This document shows, piece by piece, positions 41,372 through 51,376 of a DNA stretch of 64,000 nucleotides (positions are counted from its first letter, which is position 1; the number at the start of each line of letters is the position of its first letter). The DNA comes from Candidatus Kaiserbacteria bacterium (GTDB lineage: Bacteria; Patescibacteriota; Minisyncoccia; Phycocordibacterales; Phycocordibacteraceae). The notes under the pieces were generated by a model. The model was not told where the DNA came from and did not search any database. It worked only from the letters and a program-made list of their open reading frames with translations. Made by a program: the position numbers and the translations under genes. Location of the stretch: the NCBI GenBank assembly GCA_016182485.1, contig JACPGH010000003.1:6331-70330 (forward strand), given 5' to 3'.

Positions 41372-41806
41372 ATGGAAATCGTAATCGTCATCGCGTCGAT
41401 CCTTGCCATCGCGCTTCTCGCGTGGGCGGTGAATCGAATATCTTCGTTTCCGATCTGCCCAATATGCGCCGGAGTCGCAGGCACGTGGCTCGCGATGCTC
41501 GCCCTGCGTTTCGCCGGGTATGCTGTGCCGGTCACGCTCATGGCAATGCTCATTGGCGGTTCGGTGGTCGGCATCGCTTATCAGCTTGAAAGACGCGTAT
41601 CTAAGCCGCGTCTTTTCAAAGCGCTCGCCATCCCGGCCGGCTTCGTCGCGGGATATGGGATAGTTGCCGAAGAGTGGCTGCTCGCTTTCTTGGCCGGCCT
41701 GGCAGCTATTCTGATAACGGGAATTTTCCTGGAGAAATCGTCCTCGCCTGCGGCAAAAAAGAGAGGCCAACTGCTGCGCGAATTAGCGGATTGCTGTAAC
41801 GAGTAA
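41372..41806 (+). CDS. Membrane protein with CxxC and terminal CC
   Basis: ICPICAGVAGTW; LADCCNE. Confidence 0.7.
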   Translation: MEIVIVIASILAIALLAWAVNRISSFPICPICAGVAGTWLAMLALRFAGYAVPVTLMAMLIGGSVVGIAYQLERRVSKPRLFKALAIPAGFVAGYGIVAEEWLLAFLAGLAAILITGIFLEKSSSPAAKKRGQLLRELADCCNE

Positions 41807-41809
41807 TAT

Positions 41810-42700
41810 ATGCCCATAAAAAACTATTCAGGATTGTTCTCCGTACTCGCCGCAGGAGCGCTCATCGCTCTCGCGTTCCTCTGGTCGCCGCCGTCTTCTC
41901 CGAAGGCCGCCCCTTCTTCCGACCGGGCGGAATTAGCAGAAGTAGTGCTACCGACCGATGGCGTGACGTTGCCGGTTATCTGGGGCGAGATCGGCGCAAA
42001 GCTGGTTGAATCTGGCGCCATTGATCTCGAGAAGCTGAGAGCCCTCTACGAGAGCCGGGGCGGCTTTCCGGCAGAATATCAAAAGATGCTGGAGAAGAAT
42101 CACAGCGAGAAGGTCGTGATCACTTCTTGGAACGCCGGATACCTGCTCAATCTCCTCTGGGCGCTCGGATTGGCCAATGAGAATCCGATCCTCGAGGACA
42201 AGGACGAAATGATGAACCCGCGCTACGGAGGAGACGGACGTCCACCGGCAGCGGGCTTCGCTTCCACCGGCGGATGGTCTCTCGCGCGCGGGAATGTGAT
42301 GGACCATTACGGCAAACACAGGCTAATCTCGCTTACGACAGATCAGCAAATGCTTGTAGACCGCGTGTCGCGGAACATCTATCGGCCCTGCTGCGGCAAT
42401 TCGACGCACTTCCCGGACTGCAATCACGGCATGGCCATGCTGGGCTTACTCGAGCTTATGGCCTCGCAGGGGGTGAGCGAGGAGGAAATGTACCGGACTG
42501 CGCTTGCGGTAAATGCATACTGGTTTCCGGATACATACCTGACCATCGCGGCGTACTGGCGGGGAAAAGGCGTCGAATGGAAAGATGTCAGAGCGAAGGA
42601 GGTTCTCGGCGCAGCATTCTCGAGCGCCTCGGGGTACCGAAATATCGCAGCCCAAGTCGCTCCGCAGGGAGCGAGCGGCGGCGGCAGTTGTTCGAATTAA
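41810..42700 (+). CDS. Exported hypothetical protein with Cys/His cluster
   Basis: Signal-like N-terminus; IYRPCCGNSTHFPDCNHGMA; C-terminal GGSC. Confidence 0.75.
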   Translation: MPIKNYSGLFSVLAAGALIALAFLWSPPSSPKAAPSSDRAELAEVVLPTDGVTLPVIWGEIGAKLVESGAIDLEKLRALYESRGGFPAEYQKMLEKNHSEKVVITSWNAGYLLNLLWALGLANENPILEDKDEMMNPRYGGDGRPPAAGFASTGGWSLARGNVMDHYGKHRLISLTTDQQMLVDRVSRNIYRPCCGNSTHFPDCNHGMAMLGLLELMASQGVSEEEMYRTALAVNAYWFPDTYLTIAAYWRGKGVEWKDVRAKEVLGAAFSSASGYRNIAAQVAPQGASGGGSCSN

Positions 42701-42727
42701 TGGAATTAACAGAGGACGCGAAATAAT

Positions 42728-42997
42728 ATGCAACTTATGATGTACGGACTCTATGACGGATACGGCGGATGGGGAATGATGGGCAATCCGCTCGGCTGGG
42801 CGGTCGGAGGCGTGATGATGCTAGTGTTCTGGGTCGTATTCATCGGACTTATCGTTTGGGCGGTGCGCGAGTTTTCCGGGCGCCATTATCGAAGGGATTC
42901 GCGCGATTCTTCCGCGCTCGAGATATTGAAAGAGCGCTATGCGCGCGGAGAGATAGACCGAGAAGAGTTCGAATCTAAGAAACGAGATTTGGCATAA
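42728..42997 (+). CDS. SHOCT-domain membrane protein
   Basis: Gly/Met-rich N-terminus, TM helix, ALEILKERYARGEIDREEF. Confidence 0.88.
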   Translation: MQLMMYGLYDGYGGWGMMGNPLGWAVGGVMMLVFWVVFIGLIVWAVREFSGRHYRRDSRDSSALEILKERYARGEIDREEFESKKRDLA

Positions 42998-43008
42998 AAG
43001 CTGCTAAC

Positions 43009-43044
43009 GACGCGCGCCGCCCGAGAGGGCGGCGCGCGTCTTTT
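43009..43044 (+). terminator. Intrinsic terminator
   Basis: gacgcgcgccgccc-gaga-gggcggcgcgcgtc-tttt. Confidence 0.85.
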
Positions 43045-43058
43045 GTGCCAGACGTTGC

Positions 43059-43592
43059 TTAGAAGAATCCGAACAGGCGAGAGAAGAATTTGTTGATGTG
43101 GCCGAAGAAGTTTCCGCGCGCCTTCGTCGAAGTTGCATTCGGTGTGCTTTTTTCCAAGATTGCCGAAGCGGTTATCGAAGAGCCGTTCACAGTCCCCTGA
43201 ATGACCACTGCGTCCCCGACCGCTACATTTGAGAGAGTCGAGGTCGCGTTGTTCTTCACGATATTCGCGCCTGCCGCATTCACGCTGAAAGAAGCACCGC
43301 CTTTGTTCGTTATCGTGAACGTTGTCGAACTGACGGCTGTTACAGTACCGGCGACGATGGGCTGGCCGTTCCCGAAGGGAAGCGCGAATGCAGCTCGCTG
43401 CCCTCTGCCACGACCCCCGCGATCATCGTCATCGTCGTCATCATCATGCATCTTGATGAGCGTGGTCGAGGCCATGCCATGCCGGCCCTTCTCTTTTCTT
43501 CCGCCTTCATGCGCGAGCGCAGGGGCCGCGAGAAGGAGCGAACCCGTCATCGACCCGATGAGCAGAAGCGATAATGCGCGTGAATATTTCAT
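43059..43592 (-). CDS. Secreted protein with DUF5666-like beta domain and Asp-rich tract
   Basis: Signal peptide ...ALA|HE; GTVTAVSSTTFTI...VAVGDAVVIQG. Confidence 0.75.
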   Translation of the reverse strand: MKYSRALSLLLIGSMTGSLLLAAPALAHEGGRKEKGRHGMASTTLIKMHDDDDDDDDRGGRGRGQRAAFALPFGNGQPIVAGTVTAVSSTTFTITNKGGASFSVNAAGANIVKNNATSTLSNVAVGDAVVIQGTVNGSSITASAILEKSTPNATSTKARGNFFGHINKFFSRLFGFF

Positions 43593-43652
43593 GTAGTTCT
43601 TAGTTACTGTGCTAATGGCCGGCTTCCCCTATATACGCACGCGAGGAAATAT

Positions 43653-44549
43653 TTATTTCCTGCCCGGGCCTCTTCCGCCGTTCCGCTCGTCATCGGCATC
43701 TTCCGTGTCGCTGCCGTTCTCGGCGTCTTTCTCGCCGCGTTCTTCTCCCCCCTCCCCTCTTTCGTGTTTTTTATTTTTGCCCTTTTGTGATTCCATATGA
43801 ATACCATACGCTCGTACAACCCCGCCTTCGTCATGGCCGCCGACATATACTTTCTCTCCGACTGAAAAAGCCTCCGGGGAGGCGCCGGCAGGCGGCACGA
43901 TGGTCCATGTCTCTTCCTGGGACGCTTCTTGAGTCATCCGGAGCATTGACGAAGCGGCAGACTCAAGCTCGTCACTCTCTTCAGGCTTTGAGGTCGGGCC
44001 GCTTTTGGAGATAGTGATGGTCGAGCTTCCGATCGAGGTGATTTCTCCGGAATACAAGCCTTGCTCGGGGCGAGGCGCGTCCAGTTCTCCGTAAAGCGGA
44101 GTTAATGCGGGGAGCTGGCCCGTATTGGCCGCTCTGAATATGGAATAGTGGAGCGGCGTAACGTCGAGCAGCGCGCTGCCAGCGAGGCCGACGAAAAGAA
44201 CTGCTCCGAATACACGAAGGACAGGGAATCGGTAGGCGGAGGTGAATCGGCGGACAAGGAATTCGAGCGCGACGATAAGGAGGAGAAAGAGAATAAGAGA
44301 TGTCCATGGAAAGAGAGAGAGGAAGGCTTGCAGGCCTTGGGTGCCGAACAGAAGCAAATACTGCGCCCCGCTTGTTTTCACGCTGAAGAAAGCGAAGGAC
44401 AGGGCGAGGAGGGAGGCGGCAAGCACGAGCGCTGCAGAGATGCCGATAAGGATTCTTTGCAGCATGAACGAACTCCGCGGGCGCATCTTGATCTCTCCCG
44501 CGCGGATCTTCTCGAGCACGTTCTTACGGATGTCAGGTTGGTTCGACAT
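43653..44549 (-). CDS. Membrane protein, putative anti-sigma factor
   Basis: Overlaps the 3' end of the ECF sigma gene; three TM helices, acidic tail. Confidence 0.65.
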   Translation of the reverse strand: MSNQPDIRKNVLEKIRAGEIKMRPRSSFMLQRILIGISAALVLAASLLALSFAFFSVKTSGAQYLLLFGTQGLQAFLSLFPWTSLILFLLLIVALEFLVRRFTSAYRFPVLRVFGAVLFVGLAGSALLDVTPLHYSIFRAANTGQLPALTPLYGELDAPRPEQGLYSGEITSIGSSTITISKSGPTSKPEESDELESAASSMLRMTQEASQEETWTIVPPAGASPEAFSVGEKVYVGGHDEGGVVRAYGIHMESQKGKNKKHERGEGGEERGEKDAENGSDTEDADDERNGGRGPGRK

Positions 44550-45093
44550 GTTTTTTTAATGCTTCTCGCGCGCGCTTGAGGCGAATGCCCACCGTGCCGA
44601 TCGGCACGCGGAGCACTTCGGCAATCTCCTGGTATGAAAGGTCTTCCAGATAATACAAGATGAGAACTTCTCGATATAGCGCGGAAAGTTTCGCGAGACC
44701 GCGCTCTATCCGCGTGCGGATCTCTTCGCGCTCCTCGTCCTCGGCCGGGTCGAGCTTGTGCGAGGCGAGGGCGGGGAAAAGGTCCAGGTCGACAGTGATG
44801 AACGGCAGGCGGCTGCGCTCCCGCAGAGAGTTCACGAACATATTGTGCGCGATGCGGTAAATCCAGGGCGAAAAAGGCCGTTTAGGGTCGTAACTCTGGA
44901 TGTTTTGATAAGTTTTGATGAAAACTTCCTGCACCGCATCTTCGATCGGCGCATGTTCATAGAGAAATTTCCGCCCATAGCGAAGCAGCTTGTTCTGGAA
45001 CCTCTCCATTAGTACGCCGAAGGCCGCTTCGTTATTTCTCTGTACCAAGGCGGCCAGCTCCTCATCGGTCTTTTGGGCAAGCGCATCCTCCAT
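44533..45093 (-). CDS. ECF RNA polymerase sigma factor
   Basis: EDAVQEVFIK, FSPWIYRIAHN, SYQEIAEVLRVPIGTVGIRLKRAR. Confidence 0.93.
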   Translation of the reverse strand: MEDALAQKTDEELAALVQRNNEAAFGVLMERFQNKLLRYGRKFLYEHAPIEDAVQEVFIKTYQNIQSYDPKRPFSPWIYRIAHNMFVNSLRERSRLPFITVDLDLFPALASHKLDPAEDEEREEIRTRIERGLAKLSALYREVLILYYLEDLSYQEIAEVLRVPIGTVGIRLKRAREALKKHVEPT

Positions 45094-45134
45094 GCCGCCC
45101 TAAGTATACGCTTGAATTTAGGACATCGGATGTC

Positions 45135-46142
45135 CTAAGATTGCGGGACCAAGTTTGCCGGAGAACCGGCGGCAAACTGCCGGATATTATCGATGCTGGT
45201 ATTTAGGATCCGCTCGACGGCCTCGGTCGTGTTGAAAGCGACATGCGGCGTGACGATGACCCGCGGATGCTCGATGAGGTAATGATTCGCAAGTGCGATC
45301 GCGAGTTCTTCTGCGCGCGGATGCGGCGCCGTGAGAAGCGCCGCTTCGTCCGCCATGTCGCCTTCTTCTTCGAGTACGTCGAGCGCCGCGCCCGCGAGCG
45401 ATTCACTTTTTAATGCTTCAATCAGCGCGGCCGTCTCGATAACCGCTCCCCGGGCCGTATTAATCAAGAAGGACCCCTTTTTCAGGGTGCCAATATTTTC
45501 GCGATTGAGCAGGTGGTGCGTGTGCTCGTTATACGGCACATGAATGGTCACGATATCGGAGGCGGCGAGCAGTTCCGGAAGCGAAACGTATGAGAATCCG
45601 AGTTTTTGCGCGAGCTCGGCGTTGGGGAAGGCGTCATAGCCGAGGACCTTCGTAGAGAAGCCTTGTGCCATGCGAATGACGTGCGCGCCGATGTGGCCGG
45701 TGCCAATAACGCCGAGTGTTTTGCCGGCGAGGTCGAAACCGCGGAGGCCAGTGGTGGAGAATGCGCCTGCACGCACGCGTTCGTCCGCATCGATTATGCG
45801 ACGCGAAAGCGCGAGCAGGAGCGCGAATGTGAATTCGGCGACCGTGTTCTCGCCGTAGTAGGGGACGTTGGCGATTGCGATTCCGCGCGGTTTCGCGGCG
45901 GCAAGATCGATATGATCAAAGCCTGTGGAGCGCGTCGCGATCAGCTTCAGGGCAGGGAAGCGCGCCATCTCCGCCTCGCCGATCTTAGCTTCGATAAATA
46001 CGCAAAGCGCTTCTGCTTCCGGATCGGCCAGATCCGGGAAGTCGCTCAAAGGGCCATTATGAAAAACTATATCGTGGTCCGCAAGTTTCTCGCGAGCCAA
46101 CTTCTCTTCCCACTCCTCCCCGGCGAAATAATGTATTTTCAT
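45135..46142 (-). CDS. D-2-hydroxyacid dehydrogenase (D-lactate dehydrogenase-like)
   Basis: TRSTGFDHID, GVIGTGHIG, INTARG, LDVLEEE, TPHVAF. Confidence 0.92.
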   Translation of the reverse strand: MKIHYFAGEEWEEKLAREKLADHDIVFHNGPLSDFPDLADPEAEALCVFIEAKIGEAEMARFPALKLIATRSTGFDHIDLAAAKPRGIAIANVPYYGENTVAEFTFALLLALSRRIIDADERVRAGAFSTTGLRGFDLAGKTLGVIGTGHIGAHVIRMAQGFSTKVLGYDAFPNAELAQKLGFSYVSLPELLAASDIVTIHVPYNEHTHHLLNRENIGTLKKGSFLINTARGAVIETAALIEALKSESLAGAALDVLEEEGDMADEAALLTAPHPRAEELAIALANHYLIEHPRVIVTPHVAFNTTEAVERILNTSIDNIRQFAAGSPANLVPQS

Positions 46143-46263
46143 AAATGTATTTTACCTTATGCAAATAGAGACCGCTTCGGTGAGCCTACGGGCGGGGAGC
46201 GGTTGAGGTCCGCGAATCATTCCAAGGCGCTGGACAGATTGACTTATTCGACTATACTATAGA

Positions 46264-46550
46264 TGTAGATCTTTCGGCACCGAGGTCTACAAGACAGTTG
46301 CTCTTTGAGTGCAGCAAAAGCAGCTTCTGTCAGGCTGCAGTTCTATAGGGAATTTGATCTTCGATCAGCTTCCCCGTGTTGGCCCGACTTACAAGTGCCT
46401 TTTGGCCGCCACACGTTAATAATGTCGGATGCTCTTTCCAGACGTCACGATTCTTTCCTCATATTCTTCCTCTTCCCATCCTTCCTGCTCTTTCTTTCCT
46501 TTCCGCCCGTGACGTCGCCGCCGAGCCCCATGGCTCGGTTTCGCGTTTTA
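46264..46550 (+). ncRNA. Candidate structured ncRNA with large pyrimidine loop
   Basis: Promoter-like TGGACA-16-TATACT, serial hairpins, 9-bp stem 46441-49/46508-16, terminator-like hairpin 46521-38. Confidence 0.45.
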
Positions 46551-46571
46551 TCTCTTGTCCACATCTGCATA

Positions 46572-47252
46572 ATGAAAGTCGTTATTCCCACAAAACTGCA
46601 AGCTTTATACGACCGTATCGACGCGTGCGAACGATGCCAGGCCGAAGGGAATGCATTGCGGCACGTGCTCGGCGGCGGGAAATTTCATAAACCGAAATTC
46701 TTTTTCCTTTTCATCAATCCAACGCACAAAAACCGCTCTTCAAATGCCGATTACGCCGGAGAGCGAAGGTATCCTTTCGTCGGCGTCCGGCATTTATATA
46801 AAGGCCTCGCCGAAGGCGGTTTTATCGACCGCGCATTGATGGCGGATATATACGAGCGCGGCTGGCAAGTCGCGGACGAGCACCGGATAGAAGAGAGCTT
46901 GCGCCGCCACGACGTATACATAAGCAACTTCGTGAAATGCGCGCAGCCGAATCCTAAAAATCCCAAGCGCTCGATCATGCGAGCCGATCTGCCGCTATTG
47001 GCCGAGGAGCTCTCGCTCGTGCGGCCGCAGTACGTCGTGACTTTCGGGTTGCCGCCGCTTGAATTATTGACGGGCAATACGCATCTTATGCGCGACATTC
47101 TGCGCACGGCCCGCATTTCGAAATATGCGCCGCTCATCTCGATCCCGCTGAATGGAAAACGATATGAAATTCTGCCTTGCTACTATCCTTTCGGCCACGG
47201 CAACGAGCCGAAGGCGCACAAGATCCTCACTTACATACGGGAGCATTTTTGA
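46572..47252 (+). CDS. Uracil-DNA glycosylase superfamily protein (family 4-like)
   Basis: CERC, YPFVG, YISNFVKC, ELSLVRPQYVVTFG. Confidence 0.75.
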   Translation: MKVVIPTKLQALYDRIDACERCQAEGNALRHVLGGGKFHKPKFFFLFINPTHKNRSSNADYAGERRYPFVGVRHLYKGLAEGGFIDRALMADIYERGWQVADEHRIEESLRRHDVYISNFVKCAQPNPKNPKRSIMRADLPLLAEELSLVRPQYVVTFGLPPLELLTGNTHLMRDILRTARISKYAPLISIPLNGKRYEILPCYYPFGHGNEPKAHKILTYIREHF

Positions 47253-47276
47253 TAGCTGATGTTTATTACGAGAAAA

Positions 47277-47312
47277 CAGAGCCGCCTCGCCGAGAGCGGC
47301 GAGGCGGCTCTG
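47277..47312. other. Perfect 16-bp hairpin
   Basis: cagagccgcctcgccg-agag-cggcgaggcggctctg. Confidence 0.7.
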
Positions 47313-47634
47313 TGACGAGGCGGTCGGCGAAACCCGCTAAATGAAAGGAACTTCATGGCGAAGCAGGAATGGGCTGATGCCCGCGCACTCCTCTGAACAG
47401 TGCAATTTCCATGCTGGTTGCGAGCGGGGCTTCGCTTTCGGTTGGCAAGAACTTGCCGCGATGAATCAGGTCGCACATGAGCCGGTTTGCGACTGCCCAG
47501 TTTATGCACTCCGCTTTGCCAGAGTACGAACAGGATGGAGTGCCCGGGGGAGGATTGAGCGTGCAATTCTCGCATACTGGCAGGTGCATTGCCACCTCCT
47601 TCTGTTTTCAGAATAGAACAATCGGAGAGAAGTA

Positions 47635-48876
47635 TCAAATTCCAGCCGCCTCGCGTTCGATGGCGAGCAGGCGCTCGTATTTCTCGAGCCGCTCGCGTTG
47701 GCCCAAGCCGCCGGCCTTGAGGCCGTGGGCGCCGATGCCGTAGGCGAAGTCGGCGATGAATGTGTCTCGGGTCTCGCCCGAGCGGTGCGAGGCGACGGCC
47801 TCAAAGCCGGCGGCCCTCGTCTCGCGTACGGCGGCAAGCGCCTCTTTTATCGTGCCGATCTGATTCGGCTTGATAATCACGGCGCTGATCGCGCCTCGCG
47901 CAACAGCTGTCTTGATCCGCTCGGGGTTCGTCACCGTGAGATCGTCGCCAACAACTAGAGTATTCCCGAGGCTCACGGCGAGGCTGGCGAAATCTTCAAA
48001 CATATCTTCAGCGAACGGATCTTCGATCGAATGCATCGGAAACTCTGTGGCGATACGACGATATATCGCAGCAAGTTCTTCGGCTGAATAAGATTTGCCG
48101 AGCAATTCATAATGATCGTCGTGAAGCAGTTCGCTTGCCGCCGCGTCAAGAGCGAGAGAAACGTTCGAATGCCCTTGAATGAGCGCGGCGAGTATCTCAA
48201 ACGGCTCTTCGAGCGAGTCGAAAGTCGGCGAATAGCCGCCCTCGTCTCCCATTGGCGCCCCAGGTCCTAGCCGCTCTCCTAATTTCGCGAAAAGCTCCTG
48301 CGCGAGAGGAAAGGCCTCGCTCGTTTTTCCTTCGATAACGAGCATATATTCCTGGAAGGGCAGCTTGCCTGTCCCGAGCTTGTCGAGGGAGAAGTCGCCC
48401 GCCTTCGCCGAGGCTGCGGCGGGTGAGACATGTACGCCGCCGTTCAGTACGTTCACGAAGAGGCGCGGCGCCGCTGGTTTAGTCCCTGCGCGTTCCGCGA
48501 TAGCCTGCCAGAGAGGAACGTCAGCGAGCAACGCGAAAAGCCGCTCCCCGGCGATAGAGACGGCCAGTAGGGCATTCGCGCCCAGGCGCGCCTTGTTCGA
48601 CGTGCCGTCGAGTTCGATGAGGAAGGTATCCAGATCATCAAGTGTCGAGAAACGGCGCCCAACCGTCTCTCGCGCGATCTCGCCGTTCACGTTCTCGATG
48701 GCACGCGTGACGCTGCCATCCGGGTCGCGCAACTCGAAGGCCTCGTGGTTTCCAGTACTTTTACCAGAGGGAGCCGAAGCTGTCGCAGTGAATGTATTTG
48801 CGGAAAGCGATACCTCGACCGTCGGCTTCCCGCGCGAGTCGAGGACCTGCTTCGCTTCGAGGCGGTCAATGCGCAT
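47635..48876 (-). CDS. eno: Enolase
   Basis: LDSRGKPTVEV, PSGKSTG, LGANA, GDEGG, SIEDP, VGDDL, IKPNQIG, SHRSGET. Confidence 0.96.
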   Translation of the reverse strand: MRIDRLEAKQVLDSRGKPTVEVSLSANTFTATASAPSGKSTGNHEAFELRDPDGSVTRAIENVNGEIARETVGRRFSTLDDLDTFLIELDGTSNKARLGANALLAVSIAGERLFALLADVPLWQAIAERAGTKPAAPRLFVNVLNGGVHVSPAAASAKAGDFSLDKLGTGKLPFQEYMLVIEGKTSEAFPLAQELFAKLGERLGPGAPMGDEGGYSPTFDSLEEPFEILAALIQGHSNVSLALDAAASELLHDDHYELLGKSYSAEELAAIYRRIATEFPMHSIEDPFAEDMFEDFASLAVSLGNTLVVGDDLTVTNPERIKTAVARGAISAVIIKPNQIGTIKEALAAVRETRAAGFEAVASHRSGETRDTFIADFAYGIGAHGLKAGGLGQRERLEKYERLLAIEREAAGI

Positions 48877-48877
48877 A

Positions 48878-51370
48878 CTAGCGATGTTCCGAAGTTAAAC
48901 TTCGGTAGTCGCTTCCGAAGTTTAACTTCGGAAGCGACTCTTCGATCTGCGCCACATGCTCGATGGTCTTCACGACCGAATCCGGGTTGAGGGACATGCT
49001 CTCGATCCCTTCGCGCACGAGGAATTCGGCGAAATCGGGCAAGTCGGACGGGCCTTGGCCGCAGATGCCTAGATACTTTTTGCGCGCCGAGCATTTCCGG
49101 ATTATCTGGCTGATAAGCGCGCGCACGGCCTCGTCATTCTCGTCGCCAATATGAGTGACTATGCCGGAATCGCGGTCGAGGCCGAGCGTGAGCTGGGTCA
49201 AGTCGTTAGAGCCGATCGACATGCCGTCGAAGAGGTCGAGAAATTCCTCCGCAAGGAGTATGTTCGACGGTATCTCGCACATCATGTAAACGGGCGTGGT
49301 CTTTTGTCCGCCTTTCGCGACTGATCTCGCGACCAGTCCGTTATCCGCCATGATAGCCAGGACTTCCTCCGCCTCTTTAATAGTACGGCAGAAGGGTATC
49401 ATCGATATCACGTTCGCGAGCCCCATCGCTTCGCGCACCTTCACGAGCGCGCGGCATTCGAGCTCGAAGGCCGCCTTGAACTTCGCGTCGTAATAGCGCG
49501 AGGCGCCGCGCCAGCCGATCATCGGATTCTCTTCCTTAGGCTCGTACGCCTCGCCGCCGAGAAGCGTGGCGTACTCGTTTGTTTTGAAATCGGAGAAGCG
49601 CACTATAACTGGGCGAGGCGCGAAGGCGGCTCCGATCTTCGCGATGCCGTAGGCCAGAGTGTCGACGTAGAAATCGACCGGATTCTTCCAGCCGGCGGCC
49701 CTCTTGGCTATCGCCTCGCGTAATTTTGCCGGCTGTTTGCGGTACGCGAGAACCGCGAGCGGATGTACGCCGATGGTGGAGGCGATAATGAATTCTTCTC
49801 GCGCGAGCCCTACTCCCGCGACCGGCAGGAAGGACTGTTCGAAGGCGATGTCCGGCGACGCGATGTTCACCATGATATGCGTGCGCGTTTTGGGAAGCGA
49901 GCCGATGCTATGTTCCCGCATGGCGATCTTCGCCTTGCCGGCGGTCACGATACCGGCGCTGCCGGTCGTATCGATCGTCACAAGCGTGCCGGTCTTAAGA
50001 ACGCGCGTCGCATTTCCCGCGCCCACTATCGCCGGGAGGCCGAGTTCACGCGAGACTATCGCCGCATGGCTAGTGCGTCCGCCGCGGTCGGTGATTATGG
50101 CGGCGGCCATTTTCATGATAGGTTCCCAGTCCGGATCGGTCATCGTCGTGACAAGAATCTCCCCCTGCTTGAATTCTTTTATCTGCTTCGTTGAAGCGAT
50201 AACGTGGACAGCGCCTGTCGCGGCCTTCGAGCCGACCGATATGCCGCGCACTAGTTCTTTGCCTGCGCCGCTCACCCTGTATTCGATGAATTTCGAGAAG
50301 TCGCGGCCGGCCTGCACGGTCTCCGGACGCGCCTGCACGATGTGGAGCTCGCCGGTCGTGCCATCCTTAGCCCATTCCATATCCATCGGCGTCCAGGTCT
50401 TTGCACGTTCGGAATAGTGTTCTTCGATAAGCGCGCCCCAGCGCGCTAATTCCTCGATCTCTTTCTCGGAAAGGACGAAGCTCGCCTGTTCAGCAGCGGA
50501 CGTCGACACTACCTTGGTCTGTTTCAATCCCTGTTGGCCCCGTAGGAAATCAGATTTCCTACGGGGTTTGCCCTCCGCATAAATCATTTTCCGCGTTTTC
50601 ACGCCTAAAGTTTTCCCGATGACTGGGCAGGGCACCTTGTCGATCTTCGACTTGAGTACCAAGTATTCGTCCGGAGTTACGCGGCCTTGGACGATCATCT
50701 CGCCCAGGCCCCACACTGCATTGATAAGAACGACGTCGCGGAAGCCGCTTTCGGTATCCACCGTGAACATGACGCCCGAGGCGCCCCGATCCGAGCGCAC
50801 CATCTTCTGCACGCCGACAGAGAGCGCGACTTTCGTATTCGCGAAGCCTTTATCCGCGCGGTAGGAGATCGCGCGGTCGGTGAAGAGGGAAGCCATCGCC
50901 CACACGGTCGCCCTCACCACCTCCTTTCCTCCGCGAATGCCGAGATACGTCTCGTGCTCGCCGGCGAAGGAGGCGCCCGGCAGGTCTTCGGCGGTCGCCG
51001 AGGACCGCACCGCCACGTCGACACTTCTACCGTATTCCTTCTCCATCTCGCCGTATGCTTCTAGGATGGCTTTCTCTAGATCGAGTGGCACCGCCGCCCC
51101 CCTAATTTTTTCCCGAATGAGTTTCCCGCGCCGCGCGAGTTCCGAAAGGTTTTTTGTATCGAGGCCGGCGAGCGTTTCTTCTATGAACGAGTCCAAGCCG
51201 GTGGTCTTGAGAAAATAGTAGTATGCATCGGCAGTCACGCAGAATCCTTGCGGCACGCGCACGCCCTTCGGCACGACCGCACGGATAAGTTCGCCGAGCG
51301 AAGCGTTCTTACCGCCGACCTGTTTGACATCGTCCATGCCGATGTCTTTCATCCACAGAATGTATTTCAT
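48878..51370 (-). CDS. ppsA: Phosphoenolpyruvate synthase
   Basis: VGGKNASLGE, VRSSATAEDL, GGRTSHAAI, EENPMIGWRG, SIGSNDLTQ, GICGQGPS. Confidence 0.96.
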   Translation of the reverse strand: MKYILWMKDIGMDDVKQVGGKNASLGELIRAVVPKGVRVPQGFCVTADAYYYFLKTTGLDSFIEETLAGLDTKNLSELARRGKLIREKIRGAAVPLDLEKAILEAYGEMEKEYGRSVDVAVRSSATAEDLPGASFAGEHETYLGIRGGKEVVRATVWAMASLFTDRAISYRADKGFANTKVALSVGVQKMVRSDRGASGVMFTVDTESGFRDVVLINAVWGLGEMIVQGRVTPDEYLVLKSKIDKVPCPVIGKTLGVKTRKMIYAEGKPRRKSDFLRGQQGLKQTKVVSTSAAEQASFVLSEKEIEELARWGALIEEHYSERAKTWTPMDMEWAKDGTTGELHIVQARPETVQAGRDFSKFIEYRVSGAGKELVRGISVGSKAATGAVHVIASTKQIKEFKQGEILVTTMTDPDWEPIMKMAAAIITDRGGRTSHAAIVSRELGLPAIVGAGNATRVLKTGTLVTIDTTGSAGIVTAGKAKIAMREHSIGSLPKTRTHIMVNIASPDIAFEQSFLPVAGVGLAREEFIIASTIGVHPLAVLAYRKQPAKLREAIAKRAAGWKNPVDFYVDTLAYGIAKIGAAFAPRPVIVRFSDFKTNEYATLLGGEAYEPKEENPMIGWRGASRYYDAKFKAAFELECRALVKVREAMGLANVISMIPFCRTIKEAEEVLAIMADNGLVARSVAKGGQKTTPVYMMCEIPSNILLAEEFLDLFDGMSIGSNDLTQLTLGLDRDSGIVTHIGDENDEAVRALISQIIRKCSARKKYLGICGQGPSDLPDFAEFLVREGIESMSLNPDSVVKTIEHVAQIEESLPKLNFGSDYRSLTSEHR

Positions 51371-51376
51371 GTCCGG

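Noticed and set aside
47305-47340. Hammerhead-like TGACGA...GAAAC
   Set aside because: Core lacks CUGA and stem II does not pair.
47341-47616. Small Cys/His-rich ORF
   Set aside because: No recognisable motif and competing short frames; may be a decayed gene, not supportable.
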